Shown piece after piece: positions 39,531 through 52,824 of a stretch of DNA of 64,000 nucleotides. The position numbers and the translations under genes were made by a program. The notes below the pieces were generated by a model that did not search any database, was not told the origin of the DNA, and was given only the letters and a program-made list of their open reading frames with translations. The stretch lies in contig CM075994.1 in assembly GCA_038087875.1 (NCBI GenBank), positions 10,170,001 through 10,234,000 of the forward strand. The letters are read 5' to 3'. This DNA is from Malacoraja senta (taxonomy: Eukaryota). Position 1 is the first letter of the stretch, and each line of letters begins with the position of its first letter.

Positions 39531-42357
39531 TGATATAGTTGGGATCACGGATCACGGAGACATGGCTCCAGGGTGCCCAAGGCTGGGAGATGAACATCCA
39601 GGGATATTCAATATTCAGGAGGGATAGAGAGAAAGGAAAAGGAGGTGGGGTAGCGTTGCTGGTTAGAGAGGAGATTAACGCAGTGGAAAGGAAGGACATT
39701 AGTTAGGAGGATGTGGAATCGGTATGGGTAGAGCTGCGAAACATAAGGGGCAGAAAACGCTGGTGGGTGTTGTGTACAGGCCACCTAGCAGTAGTAGTGA
39801 AGTTGGGGATGGCATCAAACAGGAAATTAGAAATGCGTGCAACAAAGGCAAAACAGTTATATGGGTGACTTCAATCTACATATAGATTGGGTGAATCAAA
39901 TTGGCAGGGGTGCAGAGGAAGAGGATTTCTTGGAATGTATGAGGGATAGTTATCTAAACCAACATGTAGAGGAACCAACGAGAGAGCAGGCTATTCTAGA
40001 CTGGGTATTGAGTAATGAGGAAGGGTTAGTTAGCAGTCTTGTTGTGCGTGCCCCTTGGGCAAGAGTGACCATAAATATGGATGAGTTCTTCATTAGGATG
40101 GAGAATGACATTGTTAATTCAGAAACAACGGTCTGAACTTAAAGAAAGGTAACTTTGAGGGTATGAGACGTGGAATTGGCCAAGATTGACTGGCAATTAG
40201 TTCTAAAAGGGTTGACGGTGGATATGCAATGGAAGGCATTTAAAGACTGCATGGATGAACTACAAAAATTGTTCATCCCAGTTTGGCAAAAGAATCAATC
40301 AGGGAAGGTAAGTGCATCCGTGGATAACAAGGGAAATCAGGGATAGTATCAAAGCAAAATTGATGCGTACAAATTAGCCAGAAAAAGCAGCATACCAGAG
40401 GACTGGGAGAAATTCAGAGACCAGCAGAGGAGCACAAAGGGTTTAATTAGGAAGGGAAAATAGATTATGAAAGGAAACTGGCAGGGAACATAAAAACTGA
40501 CTGCAAAAGTTTTTATAGATATGTGAAGAGAAAGAGATTAGTTTAAAACAAATGTAGGTCCCTTGCAGTCAGAAACAGGTGAATTGATCATGGGGAGAAC
40601 AAGCATATGGCGGACCAATTGAATAACTACTTTGGTTCCGTCTTCACTAAGGAAGACATAAATAATCTGCCGGAAATAGCAGGGGGCCGCGGGTCAAAGG
40701 AGATGGAGGAACTGAGTGAAATCCAGGTTAGTCGGGGAAGTGGTGTTGGGTAAATTGAATGGATTAAAGGCCGATAAATCACCAGGGCCAGATAGGCTGC
40801 ATCCCAGAGTACTTAAGGAAGTAGCTCCAGAAATAGTGGATGCATTAGTGATAATTTTTCAAAACTCTTTAGATTCTGGAGTAGTTCCTGAGGATTGGAG
40901 GGTAGCAAACGTAACCCCACTTTTTAAGAAGGGAGGGAGAGAGAAAACGGGGAATTACAGACCAGTTAGTCTAACATCGGTAGTGGGGGAAACTGCTAGA
41001 GTCAGTTATTAAAGATGGGATAGCAGCACATTTGGAAAGTGGTGAAATCATTGGACAAAGTCAGCATGGATTTACGAAAGGTAAATCGTGTCTGACGAAT
41101 CTTATAGAATTTTTCAGAGGATGTAACTGTAGAGTGGATAGGGGAGAACCAGTGGATGTGTTGTATCTGGACTTTCAGAAGGCTTTCGACAAGGTACCAC
41201 ATAAGAGAGTAGGATACAAACTTAAATCACACGGTATTGGGGGTTCAGTATTGATGTGGATAGAGAACTGGCTGGCAAACAGGAAGCAAAGAGTAGGAGT
41301 AAACGGGTCATTTTCACAATGGCAGGCAGTGACTAGTGGGGTACCGCAAGGCTCAGTGCTGGGACCCCAGCTATTTACTATTTATATTAATGATCTGGAC
41401 GAGGGAATTGAAAGCAACATCTCCAAGTTTGCGGATGACACTAAGCTGGGGGGCAGTGTTAGCTGTGAGGAGGATGCTAGGAGACTGCAAGGTGACTTGG
41501 ATAGGCTGGGCGAGTGGGCAAATGTTTGGCAGATGCAGTATAATGTGGATAAATGTGAGGTTATCCACTTTGGTGGCAAAAACGGGAAGGCAGACTATTA
41601 TCTAAATGGTGGCCGATTAGGAAATGGGGATATGCAGCGAGACCTGGGTGTCATGGTACACCAGTCATAGAAAGTAGGCATGCAGGTGCAGCAGGCAGTG
41701 AAGAAAGCGAATGGTATGTTGGCCTTCATAGCAAGAGGATTTGAGTATAGGAGCAGGGAGGTTCTACTGCAGTTGTACAGGGTCTTGGTGAGACCACACC
41801 TGGAGTATTGCGTACAGTTTTGGTCTCCAAATCTGAGGAAGGACATTATAGCCATAGAGGGTGTGCAAAGAAGGTTCACCAGACTGATTCCTGGGATGTC
41901 AGGACTTTCATATGAAGAAGGACTGGATAGACTTGGCTTATACTCGCTAGAATTTAGGAGATTGAGAGGGGATCTTATAGAAACGTACAACATTCCTATG
42001 CAGGCTAGATGCAGGAAGATTGTTCCCGATGTTGGGGAAGTCCAGGACAAGGGGTCACAGCTTAAGGATAAGGGGGAAATCCTTTAAGACCGAGATGAGG
42101 AAAAACTTTTTCACACAGAGAGTGGTGAATTTCTGGAACTCTCTGCCACAGAGGGTAGTTGAGGCCAGTTCATTGGCTATATTTAAGAGGGAGTTAGATG
42201 TGGCCCTTGTGGCTAAAGGGATCAGGGGGTGTGGAGAGAAGGCAGGTACGGATACCGAGTTGGATGATCAGCCATGATCATATTGAATGGCGGTGCAGGC
42301 TCGAAGGGCCGAATGGCCTACTCCTGCACCTATTTTCTATGTATCTATGTATCTATG
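39531..42357 (+). mobile_element. CR1 LINE, degenerate ORF2 with many frameshifts
   Basis: [36 protein letters not shown], (TATGTATC)n tail. Confidence 0.93.
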
Positions 42358-42892
42358 ACTACTGGAGAGACAGTTGACGCTACGGAAAGACGGCACCCGG
42401 GACAGGCTGTGTTAGCACCCCAGTCTGTGTCTTTCGTGAGAAAGTCACCCAACAAAGCTACGGAAAGGCCTAATGAACCACCAAGACCGAATAATCCATC
42501 AGGCGAGAATGAAATGCTCGGAGAAGGAGAAAGAGGTGCAGTGCGCATGCCTTGAACGTGGCGAGACGCAGGAGGAGCCCGGCCTGGACTCACCCCACAG
42601 AGCCCAGTCCCTCCACGCAGTAGAATCTCACAACCCCTGCAGAGTAGTTATTAAGATGGCTGATCCGTGGGCGGTTGCTGCTGGGACGCAAGTCGAGGCC
42701 GGACCTTCCCCGGCTGGGTCGCAAGGGCGAGGGTGTCTGATGTTGTGAGACGCGAAACACCCGATGACCCCAGATCACATCACTGAGGATGCGTCCCAGC
42801 GCGTCTAGAAGATGTATATTTTTCACACTTGTGTAGGCAAAACAAAGGATCCCACTGTGACCTGCCCCATGTGATAATAAAGTATCATTCTT

Positions 42893-42942
42893 TCATTCAT
42901 TCATTCATTCATTCATTCATTCATTCATTCATTCATTCATTC
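42893..42942 (+). repeat. (TCAT)n microsatellite, probably a retroposon tail
   Basis: About 12 units directly after ATGTGATAATAAAG. Confidence 0.85.
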
Positions 42943-44105
42943 GTTCACCAACACGCTGACAACAACATGGTGGTATTGGTTTAGTTTGGTTTATTATTTC
43001 ACGTGTACGGTGAAAAGCTTTGCTTGCGCGCTATCCATTCAAATCATACTGTATACGAGCAAAATCAAGTTGTACCAAGTCCTACAAGCGGCCGCACGGT
43101 TCAAGGGGAAATTCAAGTTCTGAAAGTGAAATTCTGTAAAGGCTTGTTCTTTTTTACGCACGATTAAAAATACAAGAAGCCAATCGTCCATCAAGTCTGA
43201 GGATCACGAATCGAAACATGAAACATCCATATCCCTCCACAGATGCTGCCTGACCCGTTGAGTCGACAGCCAATTTATTTTTTGTTCAAGATTCCAGCAT
43301 CTCCTGGCTCTTGAGTCTCAACTCTCTGCCGCCACTCACTCACTGTATTCCCATCAGCCCCACTGCCTGCACTCATTTCTCGCACTCGTACCAGCATCTC
43401 CCCTCACCCTACCCTATACCCCCTTCCCTCCACCACCACACCAAACTACGCTGGGGTCACATTAAGCAGCCAATTCACCGAGAGTCCCTAACGCCTTCGG
43501 GAAGTGGCCGGAAACCGGAGCACCAGCGGGAAAAGCACGTGGGGACGGGTTGAATGAACCAAGTCCACACAGGCAGACCCCACTTCGTTGGATCTCGCTG
43601 GCGGCTACTGTAATAACTGGAACACTTCACCAGCCACAACAGCTTTTGTGATGGGACAGTGCAGTGAATTTATCGACTAAATATGATGCACGCCACCCGG
43701 ATAAATCGTTATCGATTTATATTGCAGATATATGGGGAGAAGGCAGGCATATGGGGAGAAGGCAGGCACGGGTTATTGATTGGGGACGATCAGCCATGAT
43801 CACAATGAATGGCGGTGCTGGCTCGAAAGGCCGAATGGACTCCTCCTGCACCTATTTTCTATATGTTACTTTCTTTGCAGAATTTCCAAAAAGTCTCTGC
43901 GCGTGAGGCCACGATCAGTACTAGGCGGCCCTCCGGATCACGGACAACACGGGCGATGAACACAAACACCGGAGGGTGTGTAACACCCAACCCGCCCCCC
44001 TCCCACCCACGGCACTCACCCCAACCACCCGGCCCCACCTGCAACAGTGTCTCCAGTCCCAAACTGGTTTAGGTCTAGGTTCATCATTTTCGCGTTTCCA
44101 AAGGT

Positions 44106-44763
44106 TTAAATGAAAGTAAGCAAGCAGGTACAGCAGGCAGGGAAGAAAGCGAATGGCATGTTGCCCTTCGTTACAAGAGGAGTTGAGTATAGGAGCAAAT
44201 AGGTCCTTCTGCTGTTGTGGTTCCCTAATTTGAGGAAGGACATTCTTGCTATTGAGAGAGTGCAGCGTAAGTTCACAAGTTTAATTCCCGGGATGGCGGG
44301 ATTGTCATAGGCTGAGAGAATGGAGCAGCTGGGCTTGTACACTCTGGAGTTTAGAAGGATGAGAGGGTATCTTATTGAAACATAAGATTATTAAGGGTTT
44401 GGACGCGCGAGGGACAGGAAACGTGTTCCCGATGTTGTGAGAGTCCAGAACCAGGGGCCACAGTTTAAGAATAAGGGGTAAGGGGTAAACCATTTAGAAC
44501 GGAGATGAAGAAACACTTTTTTCACACAGAGAGTCGTGAGTCTGTGGAATTCGCTGCCTCAGAGGGCGGTGGAGGCCGATTCTCTGGATACTTTCAAGAA
44601 AGAGGTAGATAGGGCTCTTAAAGATAGCGGGGTCAGGGCATATGGGGAGAAGGCAGGAACGGAATACTGATTGGGGATGATCAGCCATGATCACATTGAA
44701 TGGCGGTGCTGGCTCGAAGGGCCGAATGGCCTACTCCTGCACCTATTGTCTTTTGTCTATTGT
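44106..44763 (+). mobile_element. CR1 LINE 3' fragment
   Basis: QVQQA.KKANGML region through the 3'UTR and (TTGTCTA)n tail, with internal deletions. Confidence 0.88.
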
Positions 44764-45100
44764 TTTGCATCGTATCCAGTCAAATTAGATAATACCAAAG
44801 ATAAATACAATCAAGTCAAACTCCAGTACAATAGATAGGGAAACGGGACAGTTACAATGTGCAGTATATAGTTCTCAGCATTGCAGCGTCACAATCCGCT
44901 AACATTTATACAATGTCCTCGCATCTCTTTTCGGAGAATAGAGTGATTTATCTGCGTAAATCACAGAAGTGCAGCCAGTAATGGCAACGGGAATCCAGAA
45001 CCGCATCAATGAAGGCCCAGAGTACAACATCAGGGCAGAGCCACAAAAAGCTGGAGTAACTCAGCGGGACAGGCAGCATCTCTGGGCAGGAGGAGTGGGT

Positions 45101-45128
45101 GACGTTTCGGGTCGAGACCCTTCTTCAG
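45101..45128 (-). ncRNA. Minimal type I hammerhead ribozyme core in a Penelope-type repeat
   Basis: Reverse complement reads CTGAAGA-A-GGGTC-TC-GACCC-GAAAC-GTC; weak stem I. Confidence 0.5.
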
Positions 45129-46097
45129 ACTGAGAGTCAGGGGAAAGGGAAGCGAGAGATATAGACGGTGATATAATGAGATTCTGAAAGGGACCCGTTA
45201 ATCCCTACTCTTTGTTTTCAGTCTGCCAACCACTTCTCTATCCATGTCAGCACTCTACCCCCAATACCATGTGCCCCAATTTTGCACATAATCTCCGATG
45301 TGGGATCTTATCAAATGCTTTCTGAAAGTCCAGGTACAATACATCCACTGGCTCTCCCTTGTCCATTTTCCTAGTTACATCCTCAAAAAATTCCAGATTA
45401 GTCAAGCATGATTTCCCCTTCGTAAATCCATGCTGACTCGGACCGATCCTTTTTACTGCGATCCAAATGTTCGACTATCTCATCTTTTATAATTGACTCC
45501 AGCATCTTCCCCACCACCGATGTCAGGCTAACTGGTCTATAATTCCCTCTTTTCTCTCTCCCGCTTTTCTTAAAAAGTGGGATGACAATAGCAACACTCC
45601 AATCCACAGGACCTGATCCTGAATCTATAGAACATTGGAAAATGACCACGATTTCTAGTGCCACTTCCTTAAGTACCCTGGGATGCAGACCATCAGGCCC
45701 TGGGGATTGATCAGCCTTCAGTCCCATCAGTCTATCCAACACCATTTCCTGCCTAATGTGGATTTCCTTCAGTTCCTCTGTCACCCCAGATCTTCTGCCC
45801 ACTACTATAACAGGAAGATTGTTTGTGTCCTCCTTAGTGAAGTCATATCCAAAGTACCTGTTCAACTCATCTGCCATTTCCTTGTTCCCCATAACAAATT
45901 CACCTTTTTCGGTTTTCAAGGGTTCAACTTTGGTCTTAACTAATTTTTTCCTCTTCACATACCTAAAGAAGCTTTGACTATCCTGCTTGATATTCTTGGC
46001 TAGCTTACCTTCGTACCTCATCTTTTCTCCCCGTATTGTCTTTTTAGTTATCTTCTGTTGTTCTATAAACATTACCCAATCCTCTTGCTTCCCGCTC

Positions 46098-48179
46098 ATA
46101 GAAACATAGAAACATAGAAAATAGGTGCAGGAGCAGGCCATTCGGCCCTTCGAGCCTGCACCGCCATTCAATATGATCACGGCTGATCATCCAACTCAGT
46201 ATCCTGTACATGCCTTCTCTCCGGTCCTCTGATCCCTTTAGCCACAAGGGCCACATGTAACTCCCTCTTAAATACAGCCAAGGAACTGGCCTCAACTACC
46301 TTCTGTGGCACAGATTCACCACTCTCTGTGTGAAAAATATTGTTCTCATCTCGGTCCTAAAAGACTTCCCCCTTATCCGAAAACTGTGACTCCTTGTTCT
46401 GGACTTCCCTAACATCGGGAACAATCTTCCTGCATCTTGCCTGTCCAACCCCTTAAGAATTTTGTAAATTTGTACAACTGCACAACTGCAGTAAAACCTC
46501 CCTGCTCCTATACTCAAATCCTTTTGCTATGAATGCTAACAAACCATTCCCTTTCTTCACTGCCTGCTGCACTTACTTGCCTACTTTCAATGACTGGTGT
46601 ACCATGACACACATGTCTCGTTGCATCTCCCCTTTTCGTAATCGGCCACCATTCAGATAATAGTCTACTTTCCTGTTCTTGCCACCAAAGTGGATAACCT
46701 CACATTTATCCACATTATACTGCCGCTGCCATGCATTTTCCCACTCACCCAACCTATCCAAGTCACCTTGCAGCCTCCTAGCATCCTCCTCACAACTAAC
46801 ACTGCCCCCCAGCTTCGTGTCATCCGCAAACTTGGAGATGTTGCATTCAATTCCCTCGTCCAGATCATTTATATATATTGTAAATAGCTGGGGTCCCAGC
46901 ACTGAGCTTTGCGGTACCCCACTAGTCACTGCCTGCCATTTTGAAAAGGACCCGTTTAGTCCTACTCCTACTCTTTGCTTCCTGTCTGCCAGCCTGTTCT
47001 CTATCCACATCAATACTGAACCACCAATACCATGTGCTTTAAGTTTGCATACTAATCTCTTATGTGGGACCTTGTCGAAAGCCTTCTGAAAGTCCAGATA
47101 TAACACATCCACTGGTTCTCCCTTATCCAATCAACTAGTTACATCCTCGAAAAATTCTATAAGATTCGTCAGACATGATTTACCTTTCATAAATCCATGC
47201 TGACTTTGTCCAATGATTTCACCACTTTCCAAATGTGCTGCTATCCTATCTTTAATAACTGACTGTAGCATTTTCCCCACTACCGATGTTAGACTGACTG
47301 GTCTGTAATTACCCGTTTTCTCTCTCCCTCCCTTTTTAAAAAGTGGGGTTACATTGGCTACCCTCCAATCCTCAGGAACCACTCAAGAATCTAAAGAGTT
47401 TTGAAAAATTATCCCTAATGCATCCACTATTTCTGGGGCTACTTCCTCAAGTTCTCAGGGATGCAGCCTATCTGGCCCTGGGGATTTATCGGCCATTAAT
47501 CCATTCAATTTACCTAACACCACTTCCCGACTAACCTGGATTTCACTCAGTTCCTCCATCTCGTCCCCTGCTATTTCCGGCAGATTATTTATGTTTTCCT
47601 TAGTGAAGACAGAACCAAAGTAGTTATTCAATTGGTCTGCCATGTCCTTGTTCCCCATGATCAATTAACCTGTTTCTGACTGCAAGGGACCTACATTTGT
47701 TTTAACTAATCTTTTTCTCTACACATATCTATAAACACTTTTGCAGTCAGTTTTTATGTTCCTTGCCAGTTTTCTTTCATAATCTATTTTCCCTTTCCTA
47801 ACTAAGCCCTTTGTCCTCCTCTGCTGGATTCAGAATTTCTCCCAGTCCTCTGGTAGGCTGATTTTTCTGTCTAAATTGTATGTTTCGTCTTTTGTTTTGA
47901 TACCATCCCTGATTTCCCTTGTTATCCACGGATGCACTACCTTCCCTGATTTATTCTTTTGCCAAACTGGGATGAACAATTTTTGTACTTCATCCATGCA
48001 GTCATATAATGCCTTTCATTGCATATCTACCGTCAACCCTTTAAGAATCAATTGCCAGTCTATCTTGGCCAATTCACGTCTCATACCCTCAAAGTTACCT
48101 TTCTTTAAGTTCAGAACTTTTGTTTCTGAATTAACAATGTCACTCTCCATCCTAATGAAGAACTCAACCATATTATGGT
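46098..48179 (-). mobile_element. Inner nested CR1 LINE
   Basis: Own (TATGTTTC)n tail at ~46098, RT ORF 46573-47130; closely similar to 8769-11959. Confidence 0.88.
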
Positions 48180-48874
48180 CTTTGCTACGTTGTACTTCTT
48201 CGCTTTAATTTTTATACTGTCCCTGACGTCCCTTGACAGCCATGGCCGTCCCTTTCTCCCCTTGGAATTTTTCTTCCTCCTCGGAATGAACTGATCCTGC
48301 ACCTTCTGTATTATTCCTAGAAACACCTGCCATTTTTGTTCCACTGTCATCCCTGCTAATGTATCTTTCCAGTCAACTTTGGCCAGCTCCTCCCTCATGG
48401 CCCCATAGTCCCCTTTATTCAACTGCAATACTTACACCTCCGATCTACTCTTCTCCCTCTTCAATTTAGATTAAACCTGACCGTGTTATGGTCACTGCCT
48501 CCTAATTACTCATTAACCTCGAGGTCCTTTATCAAATCCGGTTCATTACATAACACTAAATCCAGAATTGCCTTCTCCCAGGTAGGCTCCAATACATGCT
48601 GTTCTAAGAATCCATCACGAAGGCACTCTACAAAGTCCCTTTCTTGGGGTCCAGTACCAACCTGATTTTCCCAGTCTACCTGCAGGTTGAAATCTTCCAT
48701 AATAACCACAGCATTACTTTTACTACATGCCAATTTTAACTCCTGATTCAACTTGCGCCCGATGTCCAGGCTACTGTTTGGGGGCCTGTAGATTAGTCCC
48801 ATTGGGGCCTTTTTTTTACCCTAACAATTCCTTAGTTCTATCCATACTGACTACACATCTCCTATACATCTCAT

Positions 48875-49927
48875 AGGAGGAGGAGCCATCTTGAGGAACG
48901 GCTGCCAAACAGCAGCCGTGCGTTAATTGTGTTTATTTTTCTAGTTTTTAGTTTTTATTTAAATCTCTGTTTTCTTTGTTTGGCATTTCGATGTGGGGGG
49001 AATCAAGGGGAAACCACTTCCTGGTCCCTACCTGGTTGGTGAGGCAGCCTTCTCTCCGGCTGCCCATTCGACCCGTCCTTGCGGCCTACCAGCGGGCGTG
49101 GAGCGGCGTGGAGCGGCGTTTCCCGTCGGGGGCCGCACAGCACCCTCAGCTTCGGTGGCGGCACGGCGCTGGAGCGCTATTGTGCAGCGGAGCGGGCGAT
49201 GCCTTGCCTGGGTCGCCGCGCTGGACCGACGCGCTGGAGCTCCGGTGAGCTGGACCGCCGAGCTCAACACCTCCGGGCTGCGGGTCTGTGGAGCGACCAT
49301 CCGCGGGCGGCGGCGCCGACTCCAACATCGGGAACCTCGTGGCTCCGAATCGGCGCGGCCTTGTCGACTTCAGGTGCTGCGGACGCCTGCGGGAAATCTG
49401 CCGTTCCAGCCGTAGTTGCGGGCTCCGGTGAGGAATGCGGCCGTTCCAGGTGGCCCAGCTGCTGGAGGACTCTCCCGACGCCGGGGCTACATCACCCGGC
49501 GAGAACGGCCAGGCTCATCGGGCCCCCGTAGAGGCAATAGCGGGGGCCTGACTTTTTGGTTGAACTGGGGCTGGGGACTGGACATTGTGCCTTCCCCCAC
49601 AGTGGAAATCATTGTGGGGGGATGATTTTTGTTTGTAATTGTTTGTAATTGTATTTGTTAGTTTGTGTTCAAGATGGTAGTCGGAGGGGAGAGTGGACGC
49701 TGGCGCGGTTTCGCTGCCGCTGCTCTCTCCTCAAATTGTCAAATTGTGTTTCTGATTTTCTTTTTTTGTGTTTTTGGAAGGAATTCTGTCCCTGATTTGT
49801 GTATTGGCCTTTATAACTTATTTTTTTAATTCTGATTATATGTTAACCATAAATCTCTGTAAGGTGTCCTTGAGACCTCGGTATAAGGCGCCCATAAATA
49901 AAATTCATTATTATTATTATTATTATT
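48875..49927 (+). mobile_element. GC-rich non-coding retroposon B with L2-like tail
   Basis: Starts GGAGGAGGAGCCATCTTG, CpG-rich body, ends TGTAAGGTGTCCTTGAG..AAGGCGCCCATAAATAAAA(TTA)n; interrupts the outer CR1. Confidence 0.75.
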
Positions 49928-51625
49928 TCAATGTCACCCCTTGCAAGGGACTGCATTTCATTCATCACCAACAGGGCAACCCCACCCCTTCTGCTCACCT
50001 GTCTGTCTTTTCGATAGGGGGTATACCCTTGAATATTCAGTTCCCAACACTGGCCCTCCTGCAGCCATGTCTCAGTAATTCCCGCAACATCATACTTGCC
50101 AATTTCTAACTGAGCCTCCACTTTATTCCTTATACTTCGTGCATTCATATACAGCACTTTGACCTCCGTATTCACTTCCCCCCTCGCACTGCTCGCAATT
50201 GATTCTGACCTTGTCGGTGCGGACTCGGTGGGCCGAAGGGCCTGGTTTCGCGCTGTATCTCCAAACTAAACTAAACTAAAATAAGCTGTTCCGCAGACAA
50301 ATTGAACCTTTGCAAACTGCAATGAATGTTAGTGGGTCATATAATATCCTTTAAACAATACACGCAAACATAGATTGCCCCGAAGACTGTTGCATGAGAG
50401 ACAGGTGCACTGTAGTGGAATAAAATAAGGGCGGTGGGAGGTCTCCGTCCATCCTGATCCCGGGCTGTGAACGGAGATGCGGGCGGCGGGTTCCACTGCC
50501 CAACAGGTGCAACGCTTCCTGATGTTACACCTGAGGCTTCCTTAGCGCCGGGCCCCGTCCCTTTCTGTCCTGCCTTAGCCTTTCTCGTCCATGTTCACGC
50601 CAGTTTAATGTCCAATCTACCCCTCCCTCGTGTGAGATGAGCTGGAAGCGGCCAGGACATCTTCACGCGGAACACTTGCAACCAAATAGCATTCATTGCC
50701 CGGGACGGCAGCGGGCGCAGCGACACGGCACTGTAGGGGTTGAGTTTAATTTAGTTTAGAGATACAGCACGCAAACAGGCCCTTCGCCCCACCGGGTCCG
50801 CTCCGACCAGCGATCCCCGGACATTAAAAAAAATCCTACACCTACTAGGAACATTTTTTTACATTAACCAAGCCATTTTTTTTGGCATTTACCAAACTTC
50901 TGAAGAACCGAAGGTCTCGGAGAAAACCCACGAAGATTACGGGGAGATCGTACAAACTCCGTACAGACCAAACCCGTAGTCAGGATCGAACCCGGGTCTG
51001 TGAGGCTGCCTTCGCTGTAAGTCAGCAAATCTACCGGTACGCCACCGTGACGGTCACGTGACCGCCCATATTAAGCAGCTCCATGTCAGTGAATACATTT
51101 TGAAGCAGGAAGTCGAGGAGTGGAGTAAAAATGGCTTCGAAACACCAGGTCGAGAGTTTAACCGAGGAGGTAGTTTGTCCCATCTGCCTGGATTTCTTCA
51201 CCGATTCGGTGTCACTGGGGTGTGGGCACAACTTCTGCCGCTCCTGTATCACACAGAGTTGGAAGAGGGTGGCGAGAAACTCCTGCCCGGAATGTAGAGA
51301 GGAGTTTGTGGTCTGCACCCTCATGGTGAATCGGGCCTTGGTTAGACTGGCTGAGAAAGCTCGAGCACTGACCCTGAATCTCAAAGAGAAGGAAAGTAAA
51401 CTTCACTGCGAGAAACATCAGGAAGAACTGAAGCTGTTTTGTGAAACTGACAAGAATCTGACCTGTTTGATTTGTGCAGCTGCGCGGGAACACAAGTCTC
51501 ACAGCTTCATGCCGGTAGATGAAGCTGTTAAATTCTACAAGGTAAAACCAAATCACCTTCGATCACATCATTGTGTAATCTTTTCTATATTCTCTGACAT
51601 TTTTATTCTCTGATCTGAAACCCAA

Positions 51626-52301
51626 TCCTGGCGAGGATGCGACTATTTCTCCGTGTCGTGTCCTCGCCCCACTCTCGCGGCCTCCCATTGGATCGGAGCG
51701 GTCTTTCGTACCGGAGACCGGCGACCGGACCAGAGCTTCGGCAACGGCGGCGCGGCGCTGGATTCACCGTGGAGCGGGCGATACCTGCTTGGATCGCCGT
51801 TTGGAGCTCTGGAGCGTTGGGCCCGCTGCTCCAACATCGCGGGGCTGTGGTTTGCGGAACTCCCAGCGCGGGCGGCGTTGACCGGCATCGCGGAGTCCTG
51901 GGGCCCTTTGCCGAGGGGCCGCCAGCGTGAATCTCCGCCCGGCGCGGCCTGGGGACATCGGGAGCTGTGGACTCCGGTGGGAAGCGGCCGATTTGGAGGT
52001 CCAAGCCGCTGAGGTTGGCCTCCCGTTCCGACGTCGGAGTTCCAACATCCCGGCGAGCGGGCCTGAGCGGCGACTGCGGAGGGCACCGGAGACCCCGACC
52101 ACGTGTGAACATCAGAGGACGATGACTGACTTTTGTGTCTTCCCTCACAGTGGGAAACTTTTGATTCTGCCGTGTGGGGATGTTTTATGTTGGACTCTAT
52201 CGTGTGTTGTGTTCTTTATTTTATTGTATGGCTGCATGGTGATCACATTTCACTGTGCCAACTGGCACATGTGGCAAACAAATGTATATTGTTTCTTGTA
52301 T
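51626..52301 (+). mobile_element. GC-rich non-coding retroposon C in copy 4 intron 1
   Basis: Inserted in CCCAA|CCCCAG with CAA duplicated; absent from copies 1-3. Confidence 0.78.
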
Positions 52302-52824
52302 CAACCCCAGGAACAGGTGAAATCTTCTTTCGAATCTCTCACAGAAAAGAAATCAGAGATCGAGAAAATGGAGCAGCAACAGAAAGAGAGCATTTCTGGA
52401 GTTCAGGTGAGGCTTTGTACTATCGATTTAATTATTTTCTGTAGATTTGATCCCTGTGATGTGTGCAATAAGTGGGCATCTATAGAGCTCGGTAGTCGAG
52501 GACCCGAGATCTTGGGAGCGGTTGGGCAGCCAAGGACTTTACTCACTGGAGCGCGGGAGTCTGAAGAATGATCTATTGCAGGTGTATAATATCACGAAAC
52601 AAAATGTAAGGGTGAATATTCAGTCTTTTACCCCGAGTAGGGCGTCGTGCATGCGAGGGCATTGGTTTAAGATGAGAGGGAACCGATTTAATACGAACAT
52701 TAAGGGCAACTTTAGTAGTGGGTATATGGAACGCGCTGCCAGGGGAGGTTGTTGATTCACGTACCATAACAATATTTAAAAGTATTTGAACAGATTCGCG
52801 GAGAGAAAAGTTTTAGAACTATCT

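Larger units (their letters stand above)
45183..50213 (-). mobile_element. Outer CR1 LINE (endonuclease to mid-RT, 3' end deleted), split by two nested insertions
   Basis: Segments 49928-50213 ([15 protein letters not shown]), 48180-48872 and 45183-46097 are colinear CR1 ORF2. Confidence 0.85.

Noticed and set aside
45398..46180. 260-aa ORF starting MIILNGGAG
   Set aside because: Chance read-through from the inner CR1 3'UTR into the outer CR1 ORF2.
48976..52148. Multiple overlapping Arg/Pro/Gly-rich ORFs in GC-rich elements
   Set aside because: Expected from stop-codon scarcity at high GC; not conserved between elements.
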